Of a DNA stretch of 64,000 bases, positions 49,394-60,608 are shown one piece after another (within the stretch, counting starts at the first letter, position 1; each line of letters starts with the position of its first letter). This DNA comes from an uncultured Clostridia bacterium. GTDB taxonomy: Bacteria; Bacillota; Clostridia; Oscillospirales; Ruminococcaceae. A model generated the notes under the pieces. The model ran no database searches and was not told where the DNA came from. It worked only from the letters and a program-made list of their open reading frames with translations. A program made the position numbers and the translations under genes. Location of the stretch: the NCBI GenBank assembly GCA_947307175.1, contig CAMZIK010000001.1, positions 21,220-85,219 of the forward strand, in the 5' to 3' direction.

Positions 49394-49855
49394 ATGGAGG
49401 ATATACAATATAAATGGACTGACGGAACAGACAGCGATTTTCAGGTGTTCTATCAGATAACCGAAAACTTTTACAGCAGCCTTGTCGGCGGAGAAAGCAA
49501 GAGAAGCGGATTTGTCCCGTATAACGCATCTGCCGAAATACCCGATGTTATCATCGCCAGTCAGGACGGCAAAGCAGTCGGCTGTGCAGGCTTGAAAAAA
49601 TATGATGACAAGAGTACAGAGATAAAGCGTGTCTGGGTCCAGCCCGGATACAGAGGTCACCATATCGCAAGCGAAATGATGACGCTTGCAGAAAATAAAG
49701 CCAGACAGCAGGGCTTTGAACGTGTCATTCTTCAGACAAGACCGCAGATGACAGAGGCTGTTAGTATGTATAAAAACAGGGGATATGACCTGATCGAAAA
49801 TTATCCGCCTTACGATAAACTCGTAGGTGCGGTGTGCTATGCAAAAAAGCTTTGA
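49394..49855 (+). CDS. GNAT N-acetyltransferase
   Basis: EIKRVWVQPGYRGHHIA and MYKNRGY. Confidence 0.85.
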   Translation: MEDIQYKWTDGTDSDFQVFYQITENFYSSLVGGESKRSGFVPYNASAEIPDVIIASQDGKAVGCAGLKKYDDKSTEIKRVWVQPGYRGHHIASEMMTLAENKARQQGFERVILQTRPQMTEAVSMYKNRGYDLIENYPPYDKLVGAVCYAKKL

Positions 49856-49889
49856 TGCTTTAACTATACTGTCAGAAGGAGGGATACAT

Positions 49890-50477
49890 TTGCAGCTGAA
49901 AGAACGCAGATACAGCGTACTGATAGCTTCGTCGCAGCCAAAATTCAATCAGGCACTCAAAGAGCTGATAGATTCAAGACGAAACTACGACAGCGAGCTT
50001 GAAATGAGCGTCAGCTCCGCAAAAAGACGGCTGCTTGAACGCAGCTTTGATATGTTGATCATCAATGTACCTCTTCCCGATGATGATGGGATCAGCCTTG
50101 CGATAGACCGCAGCGCAGGAATGGGAAGCGCCGTGCTTTTGCTCATCAAGAGTGAGTATTATTCCGACGTGTTCGACAGAGTGTGTCCTCACGGCGTATA
50201 TACTCTCCCCAAGCCTTCGCCGAGGCAGATGGTATCGCAGGCATTCGACTGGCTCGAAAGCACAAAGGAACGGCTTCGCAGACTTGAAAAGAAGTCTGTG
50301 TCGCTTGAAGATAAAATGCAGGAGATACGCCTTGTGAACAGGGCAAAATGGCTGCTTATCACCGAAAAGGGCATGACCGAAGAGGACGCCCACCGCTGTA
50401 TCGAAAAGCTTGCCATGAACAACTGCATAACCAAAAGTGCCGCAGCTCAGGCGATCATTGATGAAAAGGACAGCTGA
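49890..50477 (+). CDS. Pseudo-receiver plus ANTAR RNA-binding antiterminator
   Basis: TTG start after GGAGG. ANTAR motif RLVNRAKWLL...MTEEDAHRCIEKLAMN. The receiver lacks the acidic pocket and has N at the phospho-Asp position (LIINVPLP). Confidence 0.88.
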   Translation: MQLKERRYSVLIASSQPKFNQALKELIDSRRNYDSELEMSVSSAKRRLLERSFDMLIINVPLPDDDGISLAIDRSAGMGSAVLLLIKSEYYSDVFDRVCPHGVYTLPKPSPRQMVSQAFDWLESTKERLRRLEKKSVSLEDKMQEIRLVNRAKWLLITEKGMTEEDAHRCIEKLAMNNCITKSAAAQAIIDEKDS

Positions 50478-50489
50478 AAAGTGCTGTAA

Positions 50490-52121
<1,632 letters not shown>

Positions 52122-52180
52122 TAAAAAAGATCACATCGGTTTTCGGTGTGATCTTTTGCTTTTCATTTTTTTCGCCGCCG

Positions 52181-52582
52181 CTATCTCTCAAACGGCTTGT
52201 TGAACGAACCTATCTCTATCAGGTTTCCCTCAGGGTCGGCAATGTAGCAGGTGCGCTGACCCCATGGCTCAGTCGTCGGCTCAAGCACAGATACAGCTCC
52301 CTTTGAGATAACATCTGCATAAGCCTTGTCAACTTCCTCGAAGGTGTCCACATACAGCGCAAGCTCAAAATGACCGTTCAAGCCTTTTATGTATTCATAT
52401 TTCCTGTTTGTCATCGTCTCAAAGTCTTTCCTGCCGTATAAAAGAAACAGCGTGCCGTCCTTGATAAGATACACGTTTGAAGTGTCCTCATCTTCCTTTA
52501 TCTCAAAACCGAGGACATCTCTGTAAAAGCGTATCATCTTGCCCATGTCCTCAACAAGCAGACCAAATCCGTCAAGTCTCAT
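52181..52582 (-). CDS. VOC/glyoxalase family protein
   Basis: FYRDVLGF and EPWGQRTCYIADPEGNLIEI. Confidence 0.9.
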   Translation of the reverse strand: MRLDGFGLLVEDMGKMIRFYRDVLGFEIKEDEDTSNVYLIKDGTLFLLYGRKDFETMTNRKYEYIKGLNGHFELALYVDTFEEVDKAYADVISKGAVSVLEPTTEPWGQRTCYIADPEGNLIEIGSFNKPFER

Positions 52583-52595
52583 AATTATGCTCCTT

Positions 52596-53222
52596 TCATT
52601 TTATCGGGTGCCTGATAACCGTCTTCAGCTTATCAGGCGAGACCTTTCTTGCATCTGAAAGGTATATCTCGTGGTGCAGCCTCTTTTCCGAAATATCAAG
52701 AGAATATCCCTCCTGCTCCATGAAGCTGTGCATCCGTTCTACCGTCGCAGGCTCATCATCGTAGCTTCCGATGTGCATGCACTGTACGCATAAGCCCTCA
52801 TCATAGCTCAGAAATTCAGCTTTAGAAAAATCAGCCTTTTTCTTTTTTGAAGCCTGTTCAACAGCCCAGTCAAAATCGGCTTTTGTCACGAAATCGGGCA
52901 GACGTATCAGCGAGATCCACTTGAATCTTTCCTTGTGAGCATAGTCTATTATTTGCGTGCCGTCCTGCCGCCATAAGCCTTCCAGCGGCGGCACAACATG
53001 ATCAAAGTAACCGTCTATCTGCCTGTCTCCCTTTTTGCTCATCTTTATCGTGAAAGCTATCCCGTAAAGCAAGCCGATAGCCTGTTTGTATTCGCCGTCC
53101 TCAGCGTTGGGGTCGCCCTGTCCTCTCACAGCAATGTAGTTTATCGGAGGAACGGTAACGATCGTCGGCTTTTTCGGCGGCATATAGAATTCCTTGTATT
53201 CTTTCTTGTAATCAAAAGCCAT
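52596..53222 (-). CDS. GyrI-like small-molecule-binding protein
   Basis: FDYKKEYKEFY, VPPLEGLW, MHIGSYD and HHEIYLSD. Confidence 0.85.
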   Translation of the reverse strand: MAFDYKKEYKEFYMPPKKPTIVTVPPINYIAVRGQGDPNAEDGEYKQAIGLLYGIAFTIKMSKKGDRQIDGYFDHVVPPLEGLWRQDGTQIIDYAHKERFKWISLIRLPDFVTKADFDWAVEQASKKKKADFSKAEFLSYDEGLCVQCMHIGSYDDEPATVERMHSFMEQEGYSLDISEKRLHHEIYLSDARKVSPDKLKTVIRHPIK

Positions 53223-53656
53223 CACTGCTTCTCCTTTTTGTAGCTGCCGCTTTGCATATCCCAGCTTTCGATGTACGGTACACCGTCCTCATATATCCAC
53301 GACTGGATAAGGCTCGGCGTTATCTCCAGCACACATTCCTGCGGCAGATCCGACCAGCGCTTTAATGCGTCAGGGTAAGCTCTGCCCAGCGCCTCAATGA
53401 AAAATTCATTGTCATGCGGTCTGCCCATGTTTTTGCAAACGCCCTCAATGGTAAATCTTCCGAAGCACAGCGCAACATTCGGGTTCTGATCTATCTGCCT
53501 GCATTTGAGATAATCTCTGTTCGTCTGACAGTAGAATTTCCCGTCAATAACGACCACGCTCATGCTGCGTGAGGTAACTCTGTTTTCTGCGCAGGTCGAA
53601 AGCACCATAACACCGCTTGTTCCTATGTCGTTCCACAGCTTTTCAAATCCATTCAT
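53222..53656 (-). CDS. Pyridoxamine 5'-phosphate oxidase-like FMN-binding protein
   Basis: MVLSTCAENRVTSRSMS and KCRQIDQNPNVALC. Confidence 0.75.
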   Translation of the reverse strand: MNGFEKLWNDIGTSGVMVLSTCAENRVTSRSMSVVVIDGKFYCQTNRDYLKCRQIDQNPNVALCFGRFTIEGVCKNMGRPHDNEFFIEALGRAYPDALKRWSDLPQECVLEITPSLIQSWIYEDGVPYIESWDMQSGSYKKEKQ

Positions 53657-53666
53657 ATCCCTGCCC

Positions 53667-54113
53667 TCATTTTATCCCGATGTAAATGTGTATCTCGCAG
53701 TTTTCGGGGTCTGCATTCTGATATTCCTCAAAATCAAAAACGTAAGTGCGCTCAAGCGGCATCTGCCACAGCTTCTGCCAGAATTCGCCCACAGCTGTCA
53801 TCATGTTTCCCTTTACAACGAACTTTGCATATTTCCCCGAAGGCAGAGTCTTTGTTTCCAGTCCTTCGGGTACCTCTCCGTTCACCGCACACCCTGCCAT
53901 GAAAGTGTACTCGCCACGCTCGTCATTTTCATAGTCTGTGTATATGCCCATAGTCTTGCCTGTCGTCTTGCATTGGATAGCATTGTACCCCTGCGCAAAG
54001 AACTTCTGCCATACACCGCCTATCACAGCGCCCATATCGGGTGAAGCGTTGTTTGTCCTTGCGGTGAAGCCTGCCACCTTCGTTTCTTTTAATTCAACTG
54101 TTTCGTACTGCAT
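53667..54113 (-). CDS. GyrI-like effector-binding protein (Cass2-like)
   Basis: IGGVWQKFF, GIYTDYE, GKYAKF and DFEEY. ATG at 54113. Confidence 0.82.
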   Translation of the reverse strand: MQYETVELKETKVAGFTARTNNASPDMGAVIGGVWQKFFAQGYNAIQCKTTGKTMGIYTDYENDERGEYTFMAGCAVNGEVPEGLETKTLPSGKYAKFVVKGNMMTAVGEFWQKLWQMPLERTYVFDFEEYQNADPENCEIHIYIGIK

Positions 54114-54184
54114 TTTGCATACCTCTCTTTCTTGATTTGGTATGCTAAGTATAACACAGCTAATATGACAACAGTTTGTCATAT

Positions 54185-55087
54185 TCAATATCTGTCTCTG
54201 ATTTTTTTCAAAAGCTCGGCAAATTCACGGCGGTATTCGTCCGGTGAGACTATCTCTGCGTTGTCGCCGAACGACAGAACGTAGCGGTAAAATGACGGCG
54301 CATCTTCCCATGTCAGCGTCAGCAGTATATCTCCGTTCTCATCGTACCTTATCATACTCGGTCCGAACTCATCGATTATACGCCATTTCAGCTCCTTGTC
54401 AAATCTCACCTGCGCACTTATCTTTCCTCTCGTGTGTCTCAGCTTGTCGCAGGTGTAAACGGGAACGTCTCTGTCTGCAAAAGCGTCCTCTGTCAGCATA
54501 AGCTCAGTCATTCTTGTCAGCTTGAACATTCTGTAATCCTTACGCTGCGTGCAGAATCCCCATACATACCACGATGCCCACTGAAAAATTATGTGATACG
54601 GCTCTATCCTGCGCACGCTCTCGCCGCTTGGAGAAAAGTAGCGAAAGCTTATCAGACGGCGTTTCTCGATAGCCTGCTTTATTATCCCTATCTTGTCTGC
54701 GACCACCGATTTGTCCCAGCTCGAAAGATCAATGATGATGTGATTGTCCGCATTGACCGAGGGCGAATCTTCGGCGGAAAGCTTGTCCATAAGCTGCCTG
54801 TATCGGTTCGTTCCGCTTACACTGTCAAGGCTCTGCAAGCCTGAAAGTATCGCCTGCATATCGTCTGAAGAAAGCAGCGTGCGATCGACTTTGTACCCGT
54901 CCATAACTGAAAAACCGCCGCCCTGTCCCTGCTCGGAAACAATAGGTATGCCGGATAGATTCAGCGTCTCAATATCACGCAGTATCGTCCGCCGTGATAC
55001 TTCAAATTTATCCGCAAGCTCTGAAGATGTCACCTTGTCTTTTTGCAGCAGGATAGAAAGTATGCCGATAAGTCTGTCTATTTTCAA
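54185..55087 (-). CDS. YafY-family HTH-WYL-WCX regulator
   Basis: MKIDRLIGIL...FEVSRRTILRDI HTH; WYVWGFC...RMFKLTRM WYL domain. Confidence 0.92.
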   Translation of the reverse strand: MKIDRLIGILSILLQKDKVTSSELADKFEVSRRTILRDIETLNLSGIPIVSEQGQGGGFSVMDGYKVDRTLLSSDDMQAILSGLQSLDSVSGTNRYRQLMDKLSAEDSPSVNADNHIIIDLSSWDKSVVADKIGIIKQAIEKRRLISFRYFSPSGESVRRIEPYHIIFQWASWYVWGFCTQRKDYRMFKLTRMTELMLTEDAFADRDVPVYTCDKLRHTRGKISAQVRFDKELKWRIIDEFGPSMIRYDENGDILLTLTWEDAPSFYRYVLSFGDNAEIVSPDEYRREFAELLKKIRDRY

Positions 55088-55120
55088 AGCCTCGCACCCT
55101 CTTTGCGTTTTGTCTTTTTA

Positions 55121-55810
55121 TCACATCAGTGTCTGCTCGTTGATTATCAGATGAAAATCCAGATGCAGAAAAGCAGCAGCCTTTCTGCACAGCAGCATAC
55201 GTTCCATGAATATCTCGAAGTAGTCGCCTATCTCGCCGTACCTCGTGTCAAGTTCCAGCTTGAGCTTTATCGCCGTGCGGTCCTGATTTATTTTCAACAG
55301 CGAAGTCTTCACCGAGTAATTCACCCTGTCGTGAATGTCGAAATCCTTTATCTCGTCCTGAACACGGCTGCGGCGCACATCGGATTTATCAGCGATTATA
55401 AGTGCCGCCGCAATGTTGCTTACAGGCACTCCGCTGCCTTCATCGTGATTTCCTATCGCACGAACTATCGGCGCAATATCCTCAGCAGGAATGCCCATCT
55501 TGTCAAGCAGATAGAAAGTCATCAATGCACCCGACTGGCTGTGATCCACACGGTTCACAACGTTTCCCAGATCGTGCATCCATGCCGCCGTGAGAGCAAG
55601 GTCGATAGTGTGGTCGTCAACACCCAGCGTTTCAAGGATATATCCGACACGGTCAGCCACTACGCCTATATGCGCAAAGCTGTGTTCAGTAAAGCCCATA
55701 GCGTGCATCGACTTGTTCTGTTCCTCTATGTATACATGAATATCATGATCGTTGCGTACCCTTTGATATAACGGAAAGCGCACCGCATTTTCCTGCATAT
55801 TCTCACTCAT
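55121..55810 (-). CDS. HD-domain phosphohydrolase
   Basis: HSFAH, MHDLGN, NHDE and ADKSD. The start is uncertain. Confidence 0.82.
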   Translation of the reverse strand: MSENMQENAVRFPLYQRVRNDHDIHVYIEEQNKSMHAMGFTEHSFAHIGVVADRVGYILETLGVDDHTIDLALTAAWMHDLGNVVNRVDHSQSGALMTFYLLDKMGIPAEDIAPIVRAIGNHDEGSGVPVSNIAAALIIADKSDVRRSRVQDEIKDFDIHDRVNYSVKTSLLKINQDRTAIKLKLELDTRYGEIGDYFEIFMERMLLCRKAAAFLHLDFHLIINEQTLM

Positions 55811-55842
55811 ATAATAACACCTCACTTTTCAGTATCAAATAT

Positions 55843-56292
55843 TTATATCAGTTCTTTCAGCAGACCTTCGCAGCCATGCATGATGTCATCAAAAGCAATG
55901 TCAAATCTGCGTGAATACCACGGGTCTGAAACATCTCTCTGAGAGCCTGCAAATTCCATAAGCTTGTGCAGCTTGCCTTCGCAGCCATCGCCAAGGATTT
56001 CTCCTGCCCACCGCAGATTGCTCTGATCCATAACGATGAAATAGTCATACTTGTCAGCGTCCGAGCGTTTCAGCTGAACGGCATAGTGTTTCCCGAAAGG
56101 TATCCCTCTGCGTTCAAGCTCTTTTTTTGCAGGCGGATAAATGCCGTTTCCTATCTCCTCCGTGCTGACCGCACAGGAAGCGATCTCGAATTCCCCGTCA
56201 GCGCCCTCACGCCGCACAAGCTCTTTCATTATATATTCCGCCATCGGCGAACGGCATATATTGCCGTGACATATGAACATTATCCTTGTCAT
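55843..56292 (-). CDS. Low-molecular-weight protein-tyrosine phosphatase
   Basis: FICHGNICRS P-loop and DPWY. Confidence 0.93.
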   Translation of the reverse strand: MTRIMFICHGNICRSPMAEYIMKELVRREGADGEFEIASCAVSTEEIGNGIYPPAKKELERRGIPFGKHYAVQLKRSDADKYDYFIVMDQSNLRWAGEILGDGCEGKLHKLMEFAGSQRDVSDPWYSRRFDIAFDDIMHGCEGLLKELI

Positions 56293-56617
56293 TGTTGTCA
56301 GACTCCGTTTCCTTTCGTTTCCGTTCCGCTTTTAGTCTCTTGCTCTGCTGCAAAACATTCCATTTACCTTGTTCGTATATTATACCATAAACCCACGTAG
56401 TTTTCAATCCCTTTTGCATACCCCTGTCTTATCAAACCTCTGCCGAAAGGGTATATATAAAACATTTGACAAGTATAATTGTGCTGTGATATAATGTTGC
56501 CAGCCAATAACAATATGGCGGTAAACAATAATGGAGATCCGCTATATGGTTTCATGGCATAAAACCAGCCTCACATTACGGCAATGAAATTCTGAGACCC
56601 CAAAAGGATTGATAAAC

Positions 56618-57943
56618 TTGAAAAACGACCTCAGACAAAGCTTTCACCTTGAGCCTCTAAAAGGCTGGCTCAACGACCCTAACGGACTTTGTTTCTTTAA
56701 GGGCGACTACCATGTTTATTTTCAGTATGTTCCGAACCGTCCCGATGGCAGCGGCCTCAAGTGCTGGGGACATTTCAAAAGCAGGGATATGCTCAGCTGG
56801 CAGTTCACAGGGACCGTGCTTTTCCCCGATATTCCCGACGATAAGGACGGCGTCTTTTCGGGCTGCGGTATCGTCAAGGACGATACTCTGTATCTTTTCT
56901 ATACAGGCAATGTTGAACAGGACGGCTTCGACCTCGTTACCGAGGGAAGACAGGGCAATACCATTCTTGTCATGACAAAAGACGGTGTGACGATGAGTGA
57001 AAAGAAAGTTCTCCTGCGCAACAGCGATTATCCTGATTACTGTTCCTGCCATGTCCGTGACCCGAAGGTGTGGGAGGAAAACGGACGTTATCGTATGGTG
57101 CTGGGTGCCAGAACTCTTGATGATAAAGGCTGCGTGCTTTTCTATACTTCCGACGACCTTGAAAACTGGGAGTTTGAAGAAGAAATGCGCACTCTGAACA
57201 GCGGATATATGTGGGAGTGTCCAGACTTTTTCCGCTTCGGAGAGAACGAGTACCTCAGCTTTTCTCCGCAGGGCGTTCCACACGAAGAGTACCGCTTCCA
57301 GAACGTATACAGCTCAGGATATTTGAAAAATGGTGTTTTCACCGAATGGGACTGCGGCTTTGATTTCTATGCGCCGCAGACCTTTGAAGCACCTGACGGC
57401 AGAAGGATACTTATCGGCTGGATGGGTATAGGCGACATTCCATACACAAACCCGACAGCAGAGCGTGGCTGGCAGCATTGTCTTACCGTGCCGTGTGAAC
57501 TGATGCCGGTTGAGGACGGAAGCCTCAGGCGAATGCCCGTCAGGGAGCTTGAAAAGCTGAGATGCGAAACTACCGTCCTGAACGGAACGGAAAGTACCGT
57601 CAGCCTGCCGTTTGATCTCTGCGCTTGTGCGCATCAGGACAGCTTTTCGCTCAGTTTGTCAGGCAGCACAGAGATGACCTTTTCTGACGGCGTGTTCTCA
57701 TTGAGATTTCTTGATGAAAAAGTCGGCTGCGGCAGAGACGTAAGAAAGACAATACTCGGAAGCTGTAAACATCTCAGGATACTTGCCGATAAAACATCAC
57801 TTGAGATATTCCTTGACGGCGGCAGAAAAGTGATGTCAACAAGATTCTATCCCGAAGATACACAGCTGACCGTAAAAACAAAAGGCCTGACCTGCGAGGT
57901 GTCTCAGCTCAGACCGATGGAAGTTATCCGCCTTGGAGAATGA
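56618..57943 (+). CDS. scrB: GH32 beta-fructofuranosidase / sucrose-6-phosphate hydrolase
   Basis: WLNDPNG, RDPK, WECPD and FYAPQT. Start at TTG 56609 or 56618. Confidence 0.85.
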   Translation: MKNDLRQSFHLEPLKGWLNDPNGLCFFKGDYHVYFQYVPNRPDGSGLKCWGHFKSRDMLSWQFTGTVLFPDIPDDKDGVFSGCGIVKDDTLYLFYTGNVEQDGFDLVTEGRQGNTILVMTKDGVTMSEKKVLLRNSDYPDYCSCHVRDPKVWEENGRYRMVLGARTLDDKGCVLFYTSDDLENWEFEEEMRTLNSGYMWECPDFFRFGENEYLSFSPQGVPHEEYRFQNVYSSGYLKNGVFTEWDCGFDFYAPQTFEAPDGRRILIGWMGIGDIPYTNPTAERGWQHCLTVPCELMPVEDGSLRRMPVRELEKLRCETTVLNGTESTVSLPFDLCACAHQDSFSLSLSGSTEMTFSDGVFSLRFLDEKVGCGRDVRKTILGSCKHLRILADKTSLEIFLDGGRKVMSTRFYPEDTQLTVKTKGLTCEVSQLRPMEVIRLGE

Positions 57944-58052
57944 TAAGCTCCTGTTCAGCATAATGCAAGTTTTGCCATAGAGTTAATGATTTTTTAATAT
58001 CCTGTATGTTATACTATAAAAAATGATTTTTACACTGAGGGGGGAGCAGGGA

Positions 58053-60083
58053 ATGGCAAAATGCAGGACAGACCATAACAAAGAAAGAGTCAAGCTGTAT
58101 AAGAAAGTCAGAAATACAAGCTCGTGGCGCTCAATATTGCTGTATCTGCTTATGATGCTGCTGTTTATTGCAGCTATGGTATTTCTTTCGGGATTTGTTC
58201 TTGAATACATTTTTGAGACCAAATTTGCAGAAGGCTATGCAGAGACGCAGCATATCGCCAAGCTGTATGAGGTCGGCAGTGAAGATCATGGCATCACAGG
58301 ATTTATCGAATCGGAGGAGACCGAGTTCATCGTAAAGGATCAGGGCGGAAAGATAGTATATCAGAAGGGCGAAAACACATGCACCTTTAACGGCGGTATC
58401 ATCAAACTGGCCAACGGCTCCGAAACATGTACAGTATATGAGGATTCCGAGCTTGGATTTATATATCATGACGGAGATGACGGGCTTAACTTTAAGCTGA
58501 TGAAATTTCTCCGTTGGTATGATAAAGATGCAGAGACTGTAAGATTGCCGATATGGGTATCTATCGATCTCAGCGGCGGCAGAAAATTTATTGGTAAAGC
58601 ATATCTGACCTTGACTTCAAGAGATGCAATACTTATCCTTGAACTGCTGTCGGGACTGGTGCTTATAGTTGTCATCGTCGGCGTGATAACAGTCGTTAAG
58701 ATAATCAAGAGCGCAGTCAATTACAGGAGAGTCGTAAGACTTTTCTATTCCGACCCCATCACCTACGGACATAACTGGATATGGTATGTCAGATACGGCG
58801 ATGACAGGCTCCAGAGCAGCTTTTGCAAGAAAGACAGCTTTGCAGTCGTCAATATGGTATTCAGAAATTACAGGAACTACTGCCTGTGCCATTCCATATC
58901 CGAGGGCGAGGAGCTTCTTGCAAGGATACATAGGCTTATCGCAGGTGAAATGAAAAAGCATGAGATGTGCGCCCATGCAACGACCTCAAACTTTGCGATG
59001 CTCCTGAAATATACCGACGAACAGCAGCTCAGGCAAAGGCTTGATGATATAATAAGCAAGCTAAAGGATATGGACAGCGACCATAACTTTGATTTCCAGA
59101 TAGGCGTTGACCTTGTTCCGCCTAATAAAGCAGAAAACGGCAGGATAATAAAGCGTAAGGGCTTCAGTATCGAAAATGCCTATAATAATGCCTGTTCCGC
59201 AAGAGCAGAGCTGGGAGATACCGAGGAGTCTGGCGTGCGCATATTCGACAGCCGCCTGCTTGAAGAAAAGCGCTGGCGTGATACCGTCTATGAGCATCAG
59301 TCAGCAGCTCTTAAAAACGAGGAGTTCGTGGTCTATTATCAGCCTAAGTACGATCCCCGTACAAATAAGCTGAGAGGCGCAGAAGCACTCGTAAGATGGG
59401 ATTCACCCGAATACGGCTTCGTAACACCTGGCAGGATAATCCCCATTTTCGAGAAAAACGGCTTTATCACCGAGATAGACCACTATATGATAAGCCATGT
59501 CGCAAAGGATCAGAAAGCATGGCTCGATGCAGGCTATAAATGTGTCCCCGTTTCCGTGAACGTGTCAAGAGCGCATTTTATCGAGACAGATCTCGCCGAG
59601 CAGATAAGGGATATCGTCGATGAAGCGCAGTGTCCGCACGATCTGATAGAGATAGAGCTTACCGAAAGTGCCTTCTTTGACGATAAGAAAGCGATGATAG
59701 AAACTATCAAAAAACTCAAGGACTACGGCTTTACAGTCTCTATGGACGATTTCGGAGCAGGCTATTCATCCCTCAATTCCCTGAAGGATATGCCGCTTGA
59801 CGTTTTAAAGCTCGATGCGGATTTCTTCCGTGGAGAAAGTGCAGGAGAAAGAGGTGAGATAGTAGTCTCCGAAGCCATAAAGCTCGCCAAGAGCCTTGAA
59901 ATGCGTACCGTCGCAGAAGGCGTCGAAGAAAAAGATCAGGTAGATTTCCTTGCACGACAGGGCTGCGATATGATACAGGGCTTCTATTTTGCAAAGCCTA
60001 TGCCAAAGGCAGAATACGAAACTAAGATGACCGCACCCGAACAGCCCGAAAGCGAAGAAACACAGCCGCAGCCTGACGAATAA
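58053..60083 (+). CDS. Membrane-anchored EAL phosphodiesterase with degenerate GGDEF domain
   Basis: Two TM regions; YYQPK, EAL, DDFGAGYSS, KLD, EGVE and QG. The GGDEF position reads ATTSNF. Confidence 0.88.
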   Translation: MAKCRTDHNKERVKLYKKVRNTSSWRSILLYLLMMLLFIAAMVFLSGFVLEYIFETKFAEGYAETQHIAKLYEVGSEDHGITGFIESEETEFIVKDQGGKIVYQKGENTCTFNGGIIKLANGSETCTVYEDSELGFIYHDGDDGLNFKLMKFLRWYDKDAETVRLPIWVSIDLSGGRKFIGKAYLTLTSRDAILILELLSGLVLIVVIVGVITVVKIIKSAVNYRRVVRLFYSDPITYGHNWIWYVRYGDDRLQSSFCKKDSFAVVNMVFRNYRNYCLCHSISEGEELLARIHRLIAGEMKKHEMCAHATTSNFAMLLKYTDEQQLRQRLDDIISKLKDMDSDHNFDFQIGVDLVPPNKAENGRIIKRKGFSIENAYNNACSARAELGDTEESGVRIFDSRLLEEKRWRDTVYEHQSAALKNEEFVVYYQPKYDPRTNKLRGAEALVRWDSPEYGFVTPGRIIPIFEKNGFITEIDHYMISHVAKDQKAWLDAGYKCVPVSVNVSRAHFIETDLAEQIRDIVDEAQCPHDLIEIELTESAFFDDKKAMIETIKKLKDYGFTVSMDDFGAGYSSLNSLKDMPLDVLKLDADFFRGESAGERGEIVVSEAIKLAKSLEMRTVAEGVEEKDQVDFLARQGCDMIQGFYFAKPMPKAEYETKMTAPEQPESEETQPQPDE

Positions 60084-60102
60084 TCCAGAATAATATGATA
60101 AA

Positions 60103-60135
60103 ACGCCCGTAAGTGTATCGCTTGCGGGCGTTTGT
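60103..60135 (+). terminator. Terminator after the EAL gene
   Basis: AAACGCCCGTAAG...CTTGCGGGCGTTT. Confidence 0.7.
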
Positions 60136-60137
60136 GC

Positions 60138-60188
60138 TTGACAAATAGAGTTAGATGTGCTATACTGATTTGCGACGAATTCGCAAAT
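60138..60188 (+). promoter_or_regulatory. Promoter with Zur/Fur-type palindrome
   Basis: TTGACA-17-TATACT, followed by ATTTGCGA-N5-TCGCAAAT (60168-60188). Confidence 0.78.
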
Positions 60189-60204
60189 TGAGGGAGATGA
60201 GACC

Positions 60205-60597
60205 TTGTCCGTATATACCACAAAGCAGCGCACCGTGCTGCTTGATTTTTTGCAGAATAATCCCGATGAGGTCTTTTCAGCCGACCGCATCGCCGAAAGC
60301 CTGAGGTCAGAAGATATAAGCCTCAGCGCTATCTACCGCAACCTTGCAGCGCTTGAAAGTGAAGGCAAGGTCCAGCGTGTCACCAAAGGCGGCAGCAGGA
60401 AGGTGTATTATAGATTCAAGGCAGCCGATGAGTGCAAAGAGCATATACATCTGTCCTGCTCAAAGTGCGGAAAGACATATCATATGCCTCTGCCTGCAAC
60501 AAATACCCTGATAGATGACGTCAAGAAGAATACCGATTTTGAGATAGACCGCACCGAGACCGTGCTTTACGGCGTGTGCAAAGCGTGTAAGAAATAA
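60205..60597 (+). CDS. zur: Fur-family regulator, probably Zur
   Basis: TKQR, SAIYRNL, HIHLSCSKC and YGVCKAC; heads a Zn ABC operon. Confidence 0.8.
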   Translation: MSVYTTKQRTVLLDFLQNNPDEVFSADRIAESLRSEDISLSAIYRNLAALESEGKVQRVTKGGSRKVYYRFKAADECKEHIHLSCSKCGKTYHMPLPATNTLIDDVKKNTDFEIDRTETVLYGVCKACKK

Positions 60598-60608
60598 AAG
60601 AGAGGGAA

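Noticed and set aside
55843-55860. LMW-PTP C-terminus LLKELI as another CysK tail
   Set aside because: Ends in Ile but lacks the aromatic/acidic pattern and lies outside the sulfur block.
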